Part shown: positions 59,229-64,000 of the stretch, one piece after another
Layout: each line of letters opens with the position of its first letter
How positions within the stretch are numbered: position 1 is the first letter of the stretch
Source of the DNA: Scenedesmus sp. PABB004
Lineage: Eukaryota
Direction: 5' to 3'
Assembly (NCBI GenBank): GCA_014905635.1
Contig: JABVCE010000012.1
Span: 806,001-870,000, forward strand
Length of the DNA stretch: 64,000 bases
Position numbers and translations under genes: made by a program
The notes under the pieces: model-generated
Seen by the model: only the letters and a program-made list of their open reading frames with translations
Told to the model about the DNA's origin: nothing
The model's database searches: none

Positions 59229-62176
59229 ATGGAGGTGGACGCTCCCGCCCCCGAGGCTCCGCCGGCGCCGGCGGGCGGCGGGGGCGAGGCGATCGACGTG
59301 GAGGTGCGGGCGCGGCGCTGCGCGCCGCTGCTGCTGCGCCGGGCGGGCGGCTGCGCCGCATCCCCCGAGCCCCGGGCCGCGCCGCGCCGCGGCGCAGGCG
59401 TACGTGAGCAACTACTCCAGCCACACCAAGATCGACCGCCTGCTCTTCATCGCCGAGCGCCACGCCGGGCGGCCGCTCGAGCTCGAGGCGCTGCGGCTCG
59501 CCGCGGACGAGGTCAAGCAGGTGCGTGCGGCGGGCGCCGCCGCGCCGCGGGCGGGGGCAGCACCTGCGGGCGGGTGGCGACGCGTCCACGCGCGGCCGGC
59601 GGCGCGCCCGTGGGGGCGCGCGGCGACCGGCAGCGGCACGCGCCGCGCCACGCTCACGCCGCGCCCGCGCGCCCGCCGCCGGCCGGGCGCAGTCGCTGCG
59701 CGAGACGTTTGCGACGGCGCGGTACGAGGAGGTGACCGCGCGCATCGCCGGCCGGCTCGGCCCCGCGTACGAGCTCGACAGGCGCGCGGGCGCGCGGCGC
59801 GGGAGTGCCGCGGCAGCGCGCATTTGGCGCCCCGCGCGGCGTGCGGCGGCCGGACGGCGCGCGCGCGCCCCGCCCGCGCGTGCACACGCCACGAACGCCC
59901 ACGCCGCCGCGCAGGCAGCTGGTCGACGCGGTCGAGGCGGCCGCGGCGGCGCGGCAGGAGCGGCTCGAGTCGGCGCTGCACGGGCACAAGACCAACCTGA
60001 TTAAGGAGAGCATCCGCCTGGGGCACAACGACCTGGGAGACTTCCTGTACAACCGGGGCGACCTGCAGGTACGCGGGCGGAGGGGCGGGGCGGGCTGGGC
60101 GGGCGAGGGCAGGCGAGGGCGGGCGGGCGTGCTGGTGCGGGCGGTGGGCGGGATGGGAGAGCAGCGGGAGGGGGCGGGAGCGGGCGCGGCGGCTGCTCGC
60201 GCGCACGCCCACGCGCAGCGGCCCGCGCGCGGCGCGCGGCCGCTGCAGGGCGCGTTCAAGTCGTACGTGCGCACGCGCGACTACTGCACCACGCCGAAGC
60301 ACATCACATCGATGTGCCTCAACGCGCTGCGCTGCGGCGTGGAGCTGGGCAACTTCATGCACGTCACCAACTACGCGGCAAAGGCCGAGGCCACGCCCGG
60401 CGCAAAGGTGGGGCGCGGCGCGGCGCGTTGTGGGGCGGGACGGCGGCGCGGCGGCGGGGGTTGGGCGGCCGCGGCGCGGGGTGTGGGAGCGCGGCGCGGC
60501 AGTGCGCGCCTGCCGCTGCCCGCGCCCGCGCCCGCGCCCACGCCCGCGCGCCGCCCGCGCGCTCCACAGGCCGACCCGGTGACGGGCGCGAAGCTCAAGG
60601 CCGCGACGGGGCTGGCCGCGCTCGACGGCCGGCGCTACAAGGCCGCGGCGCGCGCGTTTGTGGAGGTCTCGCCCGAGCTCGGCAGCAGCTACAGCGACGT
60701 GCGCGCCGCGGCGCGGCGGCCGGCGCCCGGCGCTGCGCTGCGCGCCGCCGCAGCTCGCGCGCCGACACGGCGCCGCACGCCGACGCGGCACCGCGCCCGC
60801 CGCCGCGGCCCGCCCGCCCGCGCGGCGCGCCGCAGGTCATCTCGGCGCAGGACGTCGCGCTGTACGGCGGGCTGACCGCGCTCGCGACGTTTGACCGCAG
60901 CGAGCTGCGCGCGCAGGCGCGGCCGCGGCGCCGCGCGGGGCGCGCGCGCGCAGCGCAGCCGCGGGGAGGCCTGCCGCGCGGGGGCCGCCGGCGCGCGCGC
61001 GCGGCGTCGGCGCGGCGGCGGGGCGCCGCCCCGCCGCGCGCGGCCGCGCCCTAAACCCTGGGGGGCCCCGCGGCGCCGCGCTAAACCCTGCCAGGTCATC
61101 AACAACATCGGCTTCCGCGAGTTCATGGAGCTCTACCCCGAGGTGCGCGTGGGTGTGGGTGTGTGTGGGTGTGTGTGGGTGTGTGTGGGTGTTATTTTTG
61201 TTGTTGTTTGGTTGGTGGACCGGGGCGAGCGTGTGCGCAGCCGCTGCGCGCCGCCGCCGGAAGGACGCCCGCAACGCCGCCCCTCCCCCTCCCCTCCCCC
61301 ACACATGCACACACAAGAAAGCACCACCCACCCACCCACCCACCCACCCACACACCCACCCACCATACACCCCTCCGCGCCCCCAGGTGCGTGACGTGGT
61401 GCACGACTTCTACAACTCCCGCTACGCCCGCGTGTTTGGCGGCCTCGACGCGCTGCGCCCCGCGCTCGCGGCCGACCTGCACCTCCACGACCACGCCGCG
61501 GCGCTGCTCGCCGCCGTGCGCACCAAGGCGCGCGCGGCGCGCGCGGCGCGCCGCGCCGCGCCGCGCCGCGCGGCGGTGGCTGGGCGCAGCACCCAGCCCG
61601 AGCCTCCGGCCGCGCGCCCCGCCGCCGCGCGCGCCGCAGGCGCTGGTGCAGTACTGCGCGCCGTTCAGCGCCGTCGACCTTCCGCGCATGGCCGCCGCGT
61701 TCAGCAGCGGCGTGGGGTGAGGCGGCGCGCGGCGCGCTGCCACGCGGCGGCCGGCCGGCCGGCCCACGCGCTCCCGCCACGCTGCGCCGCCGCAGCGCGC
61801 TGGAGAAGGAGCTGGCGGGGCTCATCCTGGAGGGGCAGGTCGCGGGGCGCATCGACAGCCAGGCCAAGGTGCTGCACGCGCGGTGAGCGGCGGCGCGAGC
61901 GCGCGCCGCGTGCCGACGGCGGCGGAGGAGGCGCGGGGCGCGGCGCGGCGGTCGCCCGCCGCGCGCGCCGTCTCACCCCACCGCGCGCGCCGCGCCGCGC
62001 CGCAGGCACGCCGACATCCGCGCGGCCACGTTTGCCAAGGTGCTGTCGGTGGCCGAGGCGTATGTGCGCGAGAGCAAGGCGCTGCTGCTGCGCGCGAGCC
62101 TGCTGAAGCACGACGTCGTGCAGCGCGGCGCCGGCGGCGGCGCGGCCGTGGCGGCGGCGGCGGCGGCAGCGGCCCG

Positions 62177-62218
<42 letters not shown>

Positions 62219-62353
62219 AGCGGGCCGGGCAAGCGCGGCGACGGGCACGGCGCGCGTCGCGCGGAGCGCGCGGCGCGCTTCGGCGGCGGCGGGCACGGCG
62301 GCTTTGGCGAGCGCGCGCTCGGGCGGCACCACCACGCCGACATGCACGACTGA
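59229..62353 (+). CDS. CSN1: COP9 signalosome subunit 1 (FUS6/GPS1); C-terminal frame ambiguous (stop at 62353 or 62363)
   Basis: YVSNYSSHTKIDRLLFIAE; KTNLIKESIRLGHNDLGDFLYNRGDLQ/GAFKSYVRTRDYCTT; VISAQDVALYGGLTALATFDRSEL; PCI domain LILEGQVAGRIDSQAKVLHA. Confidence 0.95.
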
Positions 62354-63110
62354 CACGACCTAATCCGCGGCGCGGGCGCGCGGCGCCGTGTGCAGTTGGG
62401 GGCCTGTGCTGCGCGCCGGCGCTCGCAGTGACGCCCAGGCCCCGGTCTGCGGCCGCCGCCGGCGAAGCGATCGCGGGCAGACAACGACGCGCGACCCGCG
62501 GTGACTGACTATACCAAAGTGATGGGGTCCGTGTTTGCGCCGTAGGCGCTTGTTCACCCCTGGTAACGCCCTTCTTCCCGCGACCCGCGGTGACGCCGCC
62601 GCTCTCGCCGCGCCCTCGCGCCGCGTGGTGTGGGCTGCGTGCGACGGCCTGTGCGTCCCCTGCCGTATGTGCGCACCTCTGAGGCCGTCGCTGGCGCCCG
62701 GGAGCGCCTGGCGTGGAGTGATGAAGGGCGTCGTGAACTCGCGCGCGGGATGTCGGCGCCGCCGCAGCAGCAGCAGCAGCCGGCGCCATCACGGCCGCAG
62801 CTCACAAGAGATCTACCTTCGTGTTGCACCTGTTGCGACGCGCGAATGGCTCCCGGGGAGCCAATTCTTGTAACAATGTTCTTCACGGCCTCCAGCCGTC
62901 CACCGGCCACCGCCGCGCGAGCGCACCCCGCCTATTCCGACTCGATAGCCCGCCACTAGTCCGACTCGCGAGGCCTGGGCCCGCGGCTCCCGCGCGTAGC
63001 ACACCTCCCGGCGGCCGCTCCCGGCAGGCCGACAGCGCGCAAAGCGGCCGCGCCCGCTGCACGCACCGCGCGCCGAGCTCACCCGTGACCGCCTAGAACG
63101 CGGCCCGGCC

Positions 63111-64000
63111 ATGCGCGCCCGCGCGGCAGCGCTGCAGTGGGCGGTGTGGGCCGTCGCCGCCGTTCTCTTCGCCGCCGGCGGCGCCGACGCCTGCCGCTGC
63201 ACCAGCTACGACGTTGCTAGCGTGGAGGAGTGGCTCTGCGCGCCCTGCGACCTGGGCGCGACGGACACGGCCACGCCCGACGCGGCGTGCGTGACCGCCG
63301 GCGCGGAGTGGCGCACCGCGTCCTGCATGCTCAAGTACCGCTGGGACCAGCTCGTGGCCGCCCAGGGCTTCAACTCGAGCGTGGACTACATCCAGATCGG
63401 CGCCGACGACCGCGCGGTCAAGGTGCGCGCTGCTGCGCCGTGCTGTGCGCTGAGCGCGCGCCCGCGCGCGCCGACGCCCCCGGCCGGCGCGCGACGCCGC
63501 CGCCCCCGCGCGACGCCGCCGCCCCCGCGCGCCCGCGTGCGCCGCAGCTGTACAAGGACAACGTCAAGTGCCTTTGCGCGGCGTACGGGCTCAACGGCAC
63601 CGCGGTCACGCTCACGCAGCCCGCCGTGACGATGGCCGCAAAGTGCGAGCCGGCGTGCCGCAGCCGCGGCGCGGCGTCGGCGCCGCACGCTTCAGCGCTG
63701 CCGGGCCTGGCGCGGCAACGCCGCGCGCGCCGCGCCGCCGGCGCGCCCCACAGGAACCCCAAGGCCGGCTGCCCCGCCAAGGGCAACCGCGGCGCTGACG
63801 ACGCCTGCGAGCTCGGCACGTGGCGCGTCGGCGGCGCCGGCAACCTGACCGGGCTGACTGCCTGCGGCTGCACCGACTGCTGGGGCCGCTGCGACATGAC
63901 GACCACCGGCACCTGCCCCACGTCCAGCTGCATGGCCAACATGCTCGGCACGGAGGAGAACAACTGCCCCAACAGCGCCAACGTGAGCGGGGGCGCCGCT
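63111..64000 (+). CDS. Secreted cysteine-rich protein (runs off the window end)
   Basis: Signal peptide MRARAAALQWAVWAVAAVLFAAGGADA; Cys-rich exons joined by GT-AG; N-x-S/T sites (NSS, NGT, NLT). Confidence 0.7.

Noticed and set aside
61049..61090. CTAAACCCT telomere-like motifs (twice here, plus a partial one near 13575)
   Set aside because: Only single short units; could be branch-point-like or chance
1..64000. Hundreds of long Arg/Ala/Pro/Gly-rich ORFs in the six-frame track
   Set aside because: Stop codons are rare at this GC content; these are shadow frames or intron read-through with no recognisable motifs

Overview
Extremely GC-rich, intron-dense eukaryotic nuclear DNA, most consistent with a chlorophyte green alga (inferred from TGTAA 3'-end motifs, short GC-rich introns and gene content). 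Most ORFs in the track are GC-shadow artefacts, so gene models were assembled by eye across splice sites and exon boundaries are approximate. About 24 protein-coding genes are present. They include an inverted duplicate pair of guanine/guanosine deaminases, a lipase-like gene, MRG/Eaf3, histone H2A.Z, gamma-SNAP, a SixA-like phosphatase, a RUS/DUF647 gene, a ZUP1/ZUFSP-like C78 peptidase, an FkbM methyltransferase, a fibrillin-like gene, two GH5 mannanases, an RVE-type MYB, a ProP-like MFS transporter, a LEA-like Ala-rich protein, CSN1 and a truncated Cys-rich secreted protein. The most notable structure is the ZUP1-like gene. Its catalytic domain is split by a 3.46-kb intron holding two complete antisense genes, and it carries a ZZ zinc finger inserted between the catalytic Cys and the His/Asp. 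Other observations are frequent GC-AG introns, a recurrent TGTACA motif downstream of stop codons, and several 1-nt frameshifts at G/C runs that are probably assembly errors. No rRNA, tRNA, CRISPR array or transposase was recognised.
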